The translations under genes were made by a program, and so were the position numbers. From the human T2T-CHM13v2.0 reference genome, Homo sapiens: 64,000 bases of DNA. The stretch lies in NCBI RefSeq assembly GCF_009914755.1, contig NC_060947.1; one strand, 5' to 3'. Shown here piece by piece: positions 1-14,110 of this stretch (positions within the stretch are counted from its first letter, which is position 1; each line of letters opens with the position of its first letter). The notes below the pieces were generated by a model. It had not been told where the DNA came from. It did no database searches and was given only the letters and a program-made list of their open reading frames with translations.

Positions 1-1404
1 TGAGAGTCAAACTTTATAAAGCAAACACATGACTTATTGCTCAAAGCTTACTATCTGCTAGATATGGTATCTATCCCAGAGTTAGAAATCTGACTGACAC
101 ATCCTTTGCAAACTCTGACTGAGAACTGAGGATAGGTGATTCAGGGCTTGTAACCTGAGCATTTCAACCCACCTCTTAAGTAGAATATAAAATGAAGCCT
201 GGAGAAAGCTGGGCTATTCAGTCGCCTAGTAATTCATCTTTATATATTGAGAACAAAATAGCATGAGTCAGTTTAACTATATATATGGACTAACGCAATG
301 ATGGGCAGAAGAGTGCAAACAGATTCTTGCTGAAGACAGAGGAAATTGTGAAAATATGAAAGTACCAATAATCAGGGATAGATAGATTGATGCTGAGGCC
401 TGATCTTCATCAAACCAGATCTCTTTGGGTACGTATTTTGATGGAACTTCCCAAGGAAGACCTTTCATTTCGGTATAAAGAGCACCAACTACTAGATCCC
501 TCTGATTGGGTCTCTCAGACACTATTGATTATAAGATATATTATGCATTTGATAACATATCTGAGAAAATAAAAAACATTTCCTTAAAGGCACACATTGC
601 TTTTAAAATGCATAATGATTTACAAACTTTAAAAGGTAAAAAAGTGACCACTGATAATTGAAAAAAAACTCAGTTGAATTTGTTGAATAAACGGTTGAAT
701 GAATATTGGCTTTGATGGATAAAACTTCAAAGGGCTCTGATTCTTATCTCGTTTGTATTGGTTAAACACCAGGAAATGAATCTTTGAGCCACAGTTTCCT
801 TCTAAAACCATGCATCTTTTGATGAAGATGTTCAGAGGAATATATGCAATTTCAGTCTTTGGGAAGCACAGATGCCAGGGAGCTCTGAGAGGCTCAGCAA
901 CAAGAACTCATGCTCAGTTCTTGCTTAGCATCAACTTCGTGACTCAGCTCTGGACACCTCCCATCCTTGTGTCATTGTTCTCAAGTTGCAGATCACAGGA
1001 GAGCCAAATTCATCCAGCTTAGCCCATGGGTGTACCCCTAGGGTGGGAGGAGTTGAGCCAGTAGAAACAAAAATCCCACCAGCCCCATCTCCAATGGCAG
1101 GGGTGGGGAGAGAAATTTCCAAAGAAAAAATAAAGCGATGCCGTACCAAAATGAAATGGGAATTCAGCCTTAGGGAAAATTAGAAAAACTTGCCCCTTTA
1201 TGTGAGTATAGTAGAAAAGGACACCTTTTCTCCATTCCAGAGGCAGAAAATTCAATTCCCACCTATCCCTCCTTAGGGGCCATTTTTGTGCAGTGGACAA
1301 ACTGTACATATGTAGACGGTGGCCATAAGGGGGAAGAGATGTCAGATGTTTGCTACTTATGGATGCTCAGTGAAGTAACTTTGATTAAGAAACCTAGTAT
1401 TTCC

Positions 1405-2279
<875 letters not shown>

Positions 2280-2764
2280 AAGAAACCTAGTATTTCCCTA
2301 AGTACCAATTGTCTCAAATATTGCATTGTTCATTCAGAGTCCCTCAATGCCCAATTCACTCTGGCCGTGCTTTTATGTATCTTGAATTGCGTCAGATACA
2401 TTTTCCCTTTAATCTTTGAAAACATCTGGGGATCCAAGTTACTATCCACTCGTACTCCTGGACCATAATTCAGATTAACTTCCTGTGATCCTGGAACCTT
2501 TTTAATCATTTTTTTTTTTTTTTTTTCAGATTTCTTCCAGAGCCAGTGTCACCAAAGTATATACTTAGATGACAAACCAGGGGTTCCTGCCACAGTTTTG
2601 CCACTGTGCCTGCTCCTCAGCCACATCATTCCATGTAGCCATTTTAGCCAGGGCATCATTGACCAAGGTCTGACAATTATGAGAAGAATAGAAGATCCTG
2701 TGAAGCCATTATTAGCTCTTGACTCAATGGCAACAGCCCTTTTTTCCATTTGAACTAACGCAGT

Positions 2765-2890
2765 TGTAAAACCTTGGGCAAGTAGTTCAATGTGCCTGGA
2801 CCTCAGTTTCCCTCAACTATGCAATGCAATTAATAAATCCTACCTCTCAAAAGCAGATTGTTCTAAATATTTACTGAGATTATGTATATG
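2765..2890 (+). mobile_element. MIR SINE fragment
   Basis: CCTTGGGCAAGT...CCTCAGTTTCCCTCA matches the MIR core. Confidence 0.7.
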
Positions 2891-3737
2891 GGCCTGAGGG
2901 ATCTCTAGTGAAACTCACTGGCTTCCCCTCAGTTTTTGCCTGTGTGCTGAAAAATTAGATTCTCTTTCTACAATCTCTTCTGTCTACACCATATAGAATG
3001 TCTTTTCCTTTTATAGATTTGCTGGCATCCAATGTCACAATTCCACATACTCTCATTAGAACACTAGAAGCTTTAATAGATTTTTAAAGAGGATAAAAAA
3101 GAGCAAAGATTTCTTGTAACATTCAGGTAGGCAAAGAAGATACCACTCAGCCAGTATATATGTCTCCCCAATGCTGCTTTCTGTCATTGTCACATATTCG
3201 AGCAAAGTCAGGAATCTGACTTTCAAAAGCTAGCTAGAGAAGAAAATAAGAGTTCTGTTGCCAGAGAGGAAATAAAACACCCGTATGTCCCAATCAGGCA
3301 TTGCCAAGAGTTTTTTGGCATTTAGTTTTATAATGCCTGTGAAATTAATGGGTGCCCTTCAAAATAGTCTCTCTCTTTATCCCTTATATAGCCATGCCCA
3401 TGTCATTGTCCAGTTTCAGCAGGTTCTAGATCATTTCTAATTACTTGCTAAGCAAGGAGGAGAAGCATAAATCAACCATTTGGTGGACCTCAGGTAATAG
3501 GGAAATTCTTGGCTTGGCTGCTGGCTGGTATTTTTCACTGGTGACATCAGGGAAAGGAACAGAGGAAGAAGATGTCATGGAATTGAGATGACATCCCTTC
3601 ATTCATGAGAGAGAGGTTCTAGTGCAAAATGATTTATTTTCCTATCTGCTCTGAGACACTACCTCCTATTTTTAGGGTCCTGAGATTGAAGGCCATGTAC
3701 CCTAGAAAGGGGCCTTTTTGATGTTGGAAAGGATATG

Positions 3738-3803
3738 TGTATTAGACCATTTTTGCATTGCTATAAAGAAATAGAGGCTGTGTAATTTATAAAGAAAAGA
3801 GGT
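3738..3803 (-). mobile_element. MST/THE1-type MaLR LTR end fragment
   Basis: TGTATTAGACCATTTTTGCATTGCTATAAAGAAAT...AATTTATAAAGAAAAGAGGT, then an abrupt join to L1. Confidence 0.7.
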
Positions 3804-3971
3804 CTTGGAGGGTGTATGTGTCCAACAATTTATCCACCTCTTCTAGGTTTTGTTTGTGTATATAGATGTTTTGTAGTAGTCTCTGATGGTTGTTTGTATT
3901 TATCTGAGGTCAGTGACAACATCCCCTTTGTCAGTACTAATTGTGTTTATTTGGATCTTCTCTGTTTTCTT

Positions 3972-4329
3972 TTTTTGAAGATAATGAATCATTTTATTTC
4001 TTTTTTTTTAAAATTAGCAAATAATTTTACCACCACTGTGCACGTTGTACATCCAAGGCTTTCAAAATTAATTTTTCTATAGTATTTTGCAGGATGTCCA
4101 TATTCATACCTCCCCCCCAAAATCATGAGCTAGGGCTGGTACACTGAATAGCTAAAGGACAAACTGGGAGCAGCGAGGAAGACTGGCATTATCTTAAGGC
4201 TTGATACTTTCAGTTCCTGAAAACATTACTTCTTACATTTTCTACAGTTTTATAGTTGTACTTTTCAGGTGGCCCTATTGATATAAGTTATTCTGGTATT
4301 CTCTGAACTGTCTTTGATATAACTATATA
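3972..4329 (-). other. Putative L1 3'-transduced non-repetitive segment
   Basis: Non-L1 sequence between the young L1 tail and a second T-run (3972-3976). Minus-strand AATAAA at 3993-3998. Candidate TSD TTTCTT at 3966-3971 and 4617-4622. Confidence 0.75.
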
Positions 4330-4619
4330 TTTTTTTTCTTTTTTTAATTTTATTATTATACTTTAAGTTTTAGGGTACATGTGCACAATGTGCAGGTTAG
4401 TTACATATGTATACATGTGCCATGCTGGTGTGCTGCACCCATTAACTCGTCATTTAGCATTAGGTATATCTCCTAAAGCTATCCCTCCCCACTCCCCTGA
4501 CCCCACAACAGTCCCCAGAGTGTGATGTTCCCCTTCCTGTGTCCATGTGTTCTCATTGTTCAATTCCCACCTATGAGTGAGAATATGCGGTGTTTGGTTT
4601 TTTGTTCTTGCGATAGTTT
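4330..4619 (-). mobile_element. Young L1 (L1PA2/PA3-like) 3' end, ~290 bp, inserted into the older L1
   Basis: TTATACTTTAAGTTTTAGGGTACATGTGCACAATGTGCAGG...GAGAATATGCGGTGTTTGGTTTTTTGTTCTTGCGATAGTTT is close to the young L1 consensus. The old L1 resumes at ~4620. Confidence 0.93.
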
Positions 4620-4658
4620 CTTATTATTAGTCTAGCTAGTGGTCTACTATGAATTTTT

Positions 4659-5579
4659 CTAAAAAGACCAATTCCTGGATTCATTGATCTTCTGAATTTT
4701 TTTGTGTGTCTCAATCTCCTTCAGTCCAGCTCTGATTTTGGTTATTTCTTGTCTTCTGCTAGATTTGGGGTTGGTTTGCTTGTGCTTCTCTAATACTTTT
4801 AGTTGTGATTTTAGGTTGTTAAACTGAGATCTTTCTAACTTTTTGATGTGGACATTTAGTGCTATAAGTTTTCCACTTAATACTGCCTCAGCTATGCCCC
4901 AGAGATTCTGGTATGTTATATCTTTATTCTCATTAGTTTCAAAGAACTTCTTGATTTCTGCCTTATTTATCCAAAAGTCATTCAGGAGCCAGTTGCTCAA
5001 TTTACATGTAATTGCATGGTTTTGAGTGATTTTCTTAGTATTGATTTCTATTTTAATAGTGCTGTCATCCAGCAGTGTCATTGGTATGATTTCAGTTGTT
5101 TTGCATTTGCTGAGGATTGTTTTATGTCTGATTATGTGGTCGATTTTAGAGTATGTGCCATGTGGTGAAGAGAAGAATGTACATTCTGTTGTTTTGGGGT
5201 GGAGAGTTCTATAGAAGTCTATCAGATCCATTTGGTCCAATTTTGAGTTCAGGTTCTGAATATCTTTGTTAATTTTCTGCCTCAATGATCTCTCTAATAC
5301 TGTCAATGGGGTGTTGAAGTCTCCTACTATTATTGTGTGAATGTCTGAGTCTCTTGGTAGGTCTCTAATAACTGACTTTAAGAATCTGAGTGCTCCTGTG
5401 TTGGGTGCATATATATTTAAGATAGTTAGGTCTTCTTGTTGAATTAAACCCTTTACCATTATATAATGCCCTTCTTTGTGTTTTTTGATCTTTGTTGGTT
5501 TAAAGTCTATTTTGTCTGAAATTAGGATTGCAACCCTGCTTTTTACTGATTTCCATTTGCTTAGTGGATTTTCATCCAT
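4659..5579 (-). pseudogene. L1 ORF2 endonuclease-domain remnant
   Basis: Contains [35 protein letters not shown] and YSKIDHI. The frame is broken on both sides. Confidence 0.9.
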
Positions 5580-7154
5580 CCCTTTATTTTGAGCCTGTAG
5601 GTGTCATTGTGTGTGAGATGGGCCTCTTGAAGACAGCATACCATCAAGCTTCTTATCTAGCTTCTTACTCTGTGCCTTTTAAATTGGTCATTTAGCTCGT
5701 TTACATTCAAGGTTAGTATTGATATGTGTGGATTTGATTCTTTCATTATGTTGTTAGCTGGTTATTATACAAATTTGTTTGTGTGATTGCTTTATTGTGT
5801 CACTGGTCTATGTACTTAAGTGTGTTTTGGTATTGGCTGGTAACATCCTTTCTTTCATTTCGACCTTGGAAAATCTGATAATTACGTTTCTTGGGGATGA
5901 TATTCTTATGTAGAATCTTCTAGGGGTTCTCTGTATTATCTGAATTTGACTGTTGGCATCTCTAGTGAGGATGAGGAAGTTTTCATGGATGATATTCTGG
6001 TACATATTTTTCAAGTTGTTTGCTTTCTCCCCATCCATTTCAGAAATGCCAGTTATTTTGTTGATTTGGCCTCTTTATATAATCCCATATTTCTTGGATG
6101 ATTTGTTTACTCCCTTTTATTCTTTTTTCTTTATTTTTGTCTTTCCTGTTTCAGAGAATCAGTCTTCAAATTCCTAGATTCTTTCATTACCATGGTCTAT
6201 TCTGCTGTTAATACTTGAGATTGCATTGTGAAATTCTTGTAGTAAGTTTTTTGGCTCTATCAGATCAGTTAGGTTATTTTTTATACTGGCTATTTTATCT
6301 GTCAGGTCCTGTATCATTTCATTGTGATTCTTAGTTTCCTTGGGTTAGATTTTACCATTCTTCTGAATCTCAATGGTCTTCATTCCTATGTACATTCTGA
6401 ATTCTATTTCTGTCATTTCAGCCAACTCACCCCAGTTAAGAATCCTTATTGAAGAACTAGTGCAACCGTTTGGGGGACATAAGACACTCTTCCCATTGGA
6501 GTTGCTGGAGTTCTTGCATTGGTTCTTTTTCTTCTCCGTGTGTGGGTATTCCTTTAACTGCTGAGCTGCCTCTGGTTAAAGTGGTCAGGCAGGGGCAGAG
6601 TGGGTGTGCTGGGGTCCCAGGTCAGGCAGCCCTGCCCAGTGAGGAGAAGTGAGGACCAGGATGTAAAAGTCTGGCCAATTTTCCATAAGGCTGCTGCAGT
6701 ATGCTGGGGTTCCACTGCAGCACCTAGTCATTTTGGGTTTCCCAGCACCTGAAGGTATCAACAGTGAAGGCTGTGAAACAGCAAAGATGGCAGCCCACCC
6801 CTCTCTGGGAGCTCCATCCCAGGGAGATATAGACTTGTTACCAGCCTAAACACACCAGCAGGAGATGGCTAGACATCCTGGCCGGGAGATCCTGCCCAGT
6901 GAGGAGAAATGGGATCAAGGACCCATGTAAAGTAGCAATCTGGCTCCTTTTTTGTAGAGCAGTCGTGCTGTGTTGGGGGTCCACTCCAGCTCCCAGTCAC
7001 TTCAGACTCTCCAAATTCCAAAGATAACAACAGCTAAGGCTATGAAACAGCAAAGATAGTAGTCCACCCCTTTCTCTGATAGCTCTGTCCCAGGGAGATT
7101 TGAAACAGCTGCCAGCCAGAAGACATCAGCAGGGGTTGTTATAGACTTCAGTCA

Positions 7155-7935
<781 letters not shown>

Positions 7936-9114
7936 GAAAAGGCAGTCTGGCTGCTTCTCCATAGAGCTGCTGTGCTGTGCCAGGGGACTGCCCCAGTCCC
8001 TAGTCACTTCCTACTCTGTAGAGCCCAAAGGCAACAATGGCTAAGGCTGTGAAACAACAAAGATGGTGGCCCATCCCTCCCCCTGGGAACTCTGTCCCAG
8101 GAAGGCTCAGAACCCTGCCAGCTGGAAAATATGAGCAAAGGTGGCTGGTGACTCCAGTTAGCAGGTCCCACCCAGTAAGGAGAGGTGGGGTCAGGGACCT
8201 GTGTCAAAGAGCAGTCTGGTCGCTTTTTCATAGGGTGGCTGCACTGAAGGCAGCAATGGCTAAGGCTGTGAAACAGCAAAGATGGTGGCCTGCCCCTTCC
8301 CCTGGGAGCTCTGTCTCGGAGGTGTAATGCTGCCACTGGTAGCTGGCTGGAGTTCCAAACCAGTGGGTTTTATCCTGCAAGGATAAGATCCCGTGGAAGC
8401 AGAGTATGCAGACCATCGCTGCTCAGCCCCCTGGATTCAGCCACTTTCCTAGGGTTACATATGGGAGTCTAACCTCCCACTCTGCTGAAGTTGCAGCCAC
8501 TTTTGCCAGGAAGCCAGGGCATCTAAAGCTCCTGGGGGTCCATGTGTGCCTGAGAAGCTTCTCTACCAAGACTCCACATAGTTCTGCATGTCACACGGCA
8601 CACACGGCACACCCTGGTGGAGTGGGTTCACGAAGGGATCTCCTGACCTGAGGGTTACAAAGATCCATGAAAGAAGCATGGGTACCCAGGGTCACTTACT
8701 CATTCTCTGCTTCCCTGGGTGAGGGAGGTTCCCCTGGCTCTGTGTTGCTCCCAAGTGGGTGGTTGTCCTGCCTTGCTTTTCTCCATTCACTGTGGGTTGA
8801 GTTGTTTTCTTGACGAATCCCAATGCATGTACCTGGATGTTTCAGTTGAAGGTACTGAATTTACTCGCCCCTTCTATTTCTCTCCATGAGAGTGGTGCAC
8901 ACTAGCTGCTTCTAATTGGTCATCTTGGCCAGCCTCTCCTGATGTTGGATTAATTATGTCACTTACTGGAGTCTGTTTCCTCATATATAACTTGATAATG
9001 ATTTCATGTTGCATATTCACCAAATGGCTTGTAATTAAAATAAAATGTAAAGGACTTTCTAGGGTTGTACATATGTGAATGGAATCTATTCTATTGGAAT
9101 AATATTAAATTTAG

Positions 9115-9290
9115 TTTATTTATTTACTCATTTCACAAATACTTAGTAGGCACTTGTTACCAATATGGAGGTAAGGAAACAGAAATGCAAAAAAGTCTGT
9201 CTCCTGCAATTGAGAAGTTTCCAGTCTAGCAAAAGATATTAATAGTTGTGTGAACAAACAAACAAACAAAAATACAGTGCTGTGTGGGCC
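9115..9290 (-). mobile_element. L2 fragment
   Basis: ATTTACTCATTTCACAAATACTTAGTAGGCACTTG is an L2 3'-end-like motif. Confidence 0.5.
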
Positions 9291-9539
9291 AAGAGGAGGG
9301 ACCAAACAGCAGCAAAACAATGTCTGGCCAGGTTTTTCAAAAGAGTTGATGTTTGAAATAGCCTTGAGTTTTGTTACTACCTTGCAGAGAGAAAAAAAGA
9401 GAGAGAGAATTCAAAGTTGAAATGGCACAATATGCAAAATTACTCTGGCATATTAACATGGAGTGATGAGGAAATGAAGAAAAGTGTAGGATATCTGTAT
9501 AATTGGGAATGTGGGAACAAAACGGTAGATCAGATTGAT

Positions 9540-10030
9540 GGTTATCCTAGGCTGAATTCCCCATAAGCAAACCCTATAATATAGATTTATGCACAAGTAA
9601 TTTATTAAGTAAGTGCTTCTAGGAGACACCATTAGGCAAAGGGAGAATCAGGGCAGAAAAAATAAAGAAGGCGTGCAAAGGTCTGATTTCAGGCAAAGTC
9701 CCACACAGGGTAGTTTCAGTCTTGTCCTCAGGAGAATTCTGAAACATAAGTAAGTCATTCCTTAGAACTGTCTGACCTGAAGGTAAGTACCCAGGCTTTC
9801 ATACTTCTGCACACAACATCAGCCCATTACCTGAGGTTCACCCAGGAAGATTCAAGCTCCCAGCTACTTCTTCTTCTCTGTTGCTGCAAGACAAGAAGCT
9901 CTACTAGCCAGTTAGTTCTCTGAAAGTAAAGGTGCAGGTTTTTGAAGGCAAAAACACACCAAAGCTGGAAGAGGGAGTGCCCAGAAATCGTAAAGGTATC
10001 CAAAGGGCTCTTTGGTCTACAAGCTGACAC
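9540..10030. mobile_element. Old MLT1 (MaLR) LTR
   Basis: TCCTAGGCTGAATTCCCC..AAGCAAACCCT..AGATTT..GCACAAGTAATTTATT resembles an MLT1 end. Confidence 0.5.
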
Positions 10031-10954
10031 TGGCAGTATATGCTAGAGCTGGGGTTGGTAAGATAGTCAGAGTTAGATTGTGGATAATCTTATATGACAA
10101 TAGACTTCAAAATTTTTTTCTTCACATACCTGCTGAAATAATTTTTAAAAATAACATATGCTTCCTTGGGCACTTTTAAGTTAGCATCTATATTTTATTA
10201 AATTAAGATGACAACTAATATTAGGTCAGCATTACTCTAATACTCAAGCCAGACAAAGACATTATGAGAAAGGAAAATTATACATCACTATCTCTCTAAA
10301 CTTAGATATAAAAATACTTATCAAAATATTAACAAATCAAACCCAGCAATATATAAAACAAATGATAATATATTGTGACCAAGTAGGGTTTGTCCAACAA
10401 ATGAAAGCCTGGTTCAACGTTTGAAAATCAATAAAGATAATTCACCATATTAACAGGCTAAATAAAAAAATCCATATATCAATAGATGAAGAAAAAGCAT
10501 TTGATAAAATACAACATCAATTCGTAATAATACTCTCAACAAACTGGGAAAACAAGGGAACTTCCTTAATCTAATAAATGATGTCTAGAGAAAAAAATTA
10601 TACCTATAGCTCTTTTCATACTTTATAGTGAGACACAAAATGCAATTGCCTTAAAATGAGAAACAGGGCAAATATGTTGTCTTTCACTGCTCCTATTCAA
10701 CAAAGTACTGGAAGGCCTAGCCAATGCAAAAAGGCAGAAAAGGGAAATAAAAAGCAAGCAGATTGAAGAGGAAGACATTAAACTATCTTTATTTGAAACA
10801 ATATAATTGTCAATGTAAAACAAACCTGAAGACAAAAGAAATCTTTCTATAACTAAGTAAATCTAGCATGAATGCAGGATACAAATTTCATGTACAATAG
10901 CCAGTTATATCTTTAAATAACAGAAAATAAAAATTGGAATTATAATTAAAATAC

Positions 10955-11172
10955 TGATATGGTTTGGCTGCATCCCCACCCAAATCTCATCTTGAGTTTG
11001 TAGCTCCCATAATTCCCACGTGTTGTGGGAGGGAGCTGGTGAGAGATAACTGAATCATGGAGGCAGGTTCCCCCATACTGTTCTCATGGTAGTAAGCCTC
11101 ACAAGTTCTGATGATTTTACAAGGGGTTTCCCCTTTTGCTTGGCTCTCATTCTCTCTGGCCTGATGCCATGT
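10955..11172 (+). mobile_element. THE1/MST LTR, 3'-truncated
   Basis: Starts TGATATGGTTTGGCTG..CCCACCCAAATCTCATCTTG. Confidence 0.85.
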
Positions 11173-11555
11173 ATTAGTGTGTCAGGTTGCCTAGGCTACA
11201 GTCTTCTGTCATTCGATCAATCTAGTTGTTGCTGTGAAAGGACTTTGCAGATATAAAGTCTCTGATCAGTTCATTTTAAGTATAAGACATTATCCTATGC
11301 AACCTGGCTGGGCCTGAATTAAAGTTGAAAGGCCTTAGAAGCTAGTCTGAGGAAAGAAAGAAAAAAAGAGAGAGAAAGATGAGAGAGGAGAGAGTAAGAG
11401 AGAGAAGAAGAAGGAGGAGAAAGAGGAGGAAGAAGAAATTCTACTTGTGGACAACAGCTTCAGCTTGTGCCTGTGGAGTTTCAACCTGTTGGTGATCTTC
11501 CCTTCCTTACTAAGGTCTACAATTACTTATGCCAATTCCTTGTAATAAATCAATC
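11173..11555 (+). mobile_element. MLT2-type LTR
   Basis: GTTGCTGTGAAAGGACTTTGCAGAT..TTTTAAGT..ATTATCCT and CCAATTCCTTGTAATAAAT. Confidence 0.6.

Positions 11556-11556
<1 letters not shown>

Positions 11557-11588
<32 letters not shown>
11557..11588 (+). repeat. (GATA)n microsatellite
   Basis: About 8 GATA units seen directly. Confidence 0.95.
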
Positions 11589-12909
11589 CTATAATATGCA
11601 AATGTTTTAGCAGCTGTTCATAATCTGCAAAAACTGCAAGCAACTAAATGTACTTCAGTGGGTAAATGGATAAACAAACCATGGTATATCCATATAATGG
11701 AATACTATTCAGTGATAAAATGGAATAAATTATTGATTCACACAACAACATGGGTAAATCATAAATAAATTTTGCTAAGTGAAAGAAACCAGAAACAAAA
11801 GGTTATACATTATATGATTACATGTATATGGCATTCTGGAAAAGGCAAAACTATGCAAATGAAACACAGATCAGCTTCCCCAAGTTATCAGGGTTTATGA
11901 AAGGGGGAGTGGTTGATTAGAAAGGAGATGCACAGGATAATTTTTATTGTGATAAAACGTTCTGTATGGTAGGTACTAGGATGGTAGATACATTACTAGG
12001 TGCATGTTTTAAAACCCTAAGAACTGTTCATCACAAAGATTAAGCATTAACGTATGCAAATAAAAAAATCAACAAGAATTTCAAGGGATCTCTGATGGGA
12101 TTCAAACTGTGACAAATTAATGTAACCTTACAATAAATGTATTATATAACCTCAGTGAATGGTGTGGCTGGAAAAGGAGCTAACCTAAATAACTTTGGAA
12201 AACTGTGTTTTGACCAAAAAATGTAAGCTAAAAGACGAAACAAACTGTACATAAAATGTACTCTAATTGTCAAATTTGTTTCTCAAAGGGACATGGGTTA
12301 AGAAGTTTGAATACTTTAAGTACATACTATGATTGAACCTATAAGTACATAAATGAAACATAGTGGAGTCATGTTTCTCACTGTCAAAGAAAGAAGTTAC
12401 AAATAAAATAAGGGGGAAGACTAGAATGAACTCTGAATTAAAGTTGGAGACAGTAAGTATGAATTCATGTTTATGTTAATATACATACAGAGACAGAATA
12501 ATTACAGATATGTATGTATACTCTGGTTAGTGTGTGTGGGTGTGGGGGTGTGTGTGTGTGTGTCCTAGCTCTTTCTTCTGAGAGGGCCTAGAAGTAGCTA
12601 TACTTCCAGTAGCAAGAAAATACACTTGGTGTTCAGACTTTAGTTTCTAAATACCATTCTTTAGTAAGGGGAACTAGGGCTCCTTGAAGAAATGACTGAT
12701 TCTAGAACTGGGGAAGGAAATATACAAAATGAGCCTGGAGCATTTTGTAGTGCCAGAAATTAAGGAAGTGCTCAAACGAAAGGATGGGAGTATGTGAAAG
12801 GAAAACGAAATAACTCCCAATGGCTAAATCTGGAAAAATTTGAATAAGAAAATAAGCTGAAAAAAAAGATATATATGCTTGGATTACAACTCAAATATAA
12901 AATATACAT

Positions 12910-13414
12910 TGTAGAAATAAAGAGCTCTCAAATGAGAACAAGTACACAGGCTATTTACTCAGAGCTTGCTATAGCAAGGGAGTTAGCCATCATCACTTGT
13001 GTTTTGGCAGAGACTCAAAAGCCAGTAAGAAGAGTGGGAGAACTTTGTGTTAGAAAAGAGAGAGAGCTTCAGATGTGCCCTAATTGGAAGCTGTTGACAT
13101 GGGGAAGCAGGAAATGGGCTAAATGAAGCTGGGCATCCTGTGTGATTCGTTTGAGGAGCAGATTCAGGTTGATCCTAAGTTGAAAGCAGGGATAAAAATT
13201 AGGGAAGCTGTCAGTTATTAATCAAGTCCTGGCCATTTGGAGCTGATTGCTACAGGAGTTATTGTTTGGCTTCCTGGGTTATTAGCGACAGCAGCTTGAC
13301 TGTCTACAAGTCTGACTCATAGATAGTAGGTTGGCTTCCTGGCTGGTTACTGTAGATAATGTGTTGGTTTCCTGGGCTGGTTGCTGCAAGTTAGTTATTT
13401 CTGTTGATGTTACA
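12910..13414. mobile_element. Solo LTR (ERV1/ERVL MER-type, family unassigned)
   Basis: TG...CA bounded ~500-bp element interrupting L1M. GCTATTTACTCAGAGCTTGCTATAGCAAGGGAG is an LTR-like motif. Confidence 0.6.
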
Positions 13415-13519
13415 TTTTTAGTTTGAGAAATGTGAAGGCAAAAAGAAATACTCTGTACTATCTTTGGGATGCTTCTATAAATCTGAATGTATTTCAAAGT
13501 AAAAAATTTATTTTAAAAA

Positions 13520-14110
13520 ATATGTATCTCCTCAGGCACTTTTAAGTTGATGTCTAAACTTTTTCATCACAAGTTTAAATATTTGCAAAGAATATCATTT
13601 CCAGTATATTGTAAATATTGTTATTTTAAATTAAAACTGTCACATCACTCTTTTAAATATATTCAAAGGATTATAAATACGAATGCAATTTGAACCATAA
13701 TCTTCAATTTAAAAAATACATGAAAAAGCTATTCTCCTGTCAGAAATATTAAATTATTCCTTTTTTTCCTTGAACTTATATATCCAAATTACTTCCCCTC
13801 TATAATTTTATCCTATTGAAATACATTTTTGTGCTGTAAAATTCCATTGATTACCCTAACATGCCAGCCTGCAATAAGAATGTGTATATTAAATTGAAAC
13901 TTTAATTTTTAAAATTACCTGTGACCTTAAGGCTCAAGTGTTAATTATATTTCAATCAAAAAGAAATCTTATTCTTAGTACACGTTTGATCAAAATGGAA
14001 TATATTACAAAATTTGATAATTATCAAACCCAAAAAACAATTATTTATTGGAAATGCATATCTCCTTAAGAAGGATAGAGGTTACTTTTGATTTAAGGAG
14101 AGCCTTTGAC
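13520..14110. mobile_element. Probable hAT-Charlie DNA transposon fossil
   Basis: AT-rich CACTTTTAAGTTGATGTCTAAACTTTTTCATCAC..AAAACTGTCACATCACTC. A related piece at ~10100-10190 lies on the other side of the L1M. Confidence 0.4.

Larger units (their letters stand above)
10230..13520 (+). mobile_element. Fragmented L1M (L1MC-like) ORF2 and 3' UTR with nested LTRs
   Basis: ORF2-like CAAGCCAGACAAAGAC.., GAAGAAAAAGCATTTGATAAAAT and CTCCTATTCAACA. 3' UTR ATGGAATACTATTCAG..GGCATTCTGGAAAAGGCAAAACT. Confidence 0.8.

Noticed and set aside
277-1309. Several 60-96-aa ORFs at the start of the window
   Set aside because: No recognisable domains; lengths are as expected by chance.
2508-2780. Strong poly(T)-CAG splice acceptor and possible exon
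   Set aside because: No credible ORF or GT donor; the apparent GC donor is MIR core sequence. Cannot be supported without transcript data.
3738-3830. MST-L1 fusion as a chimeric element
   Set aside because: More simply a post-insertion deletion junction; the same applies to the MST-MLT2 join at ~11172.
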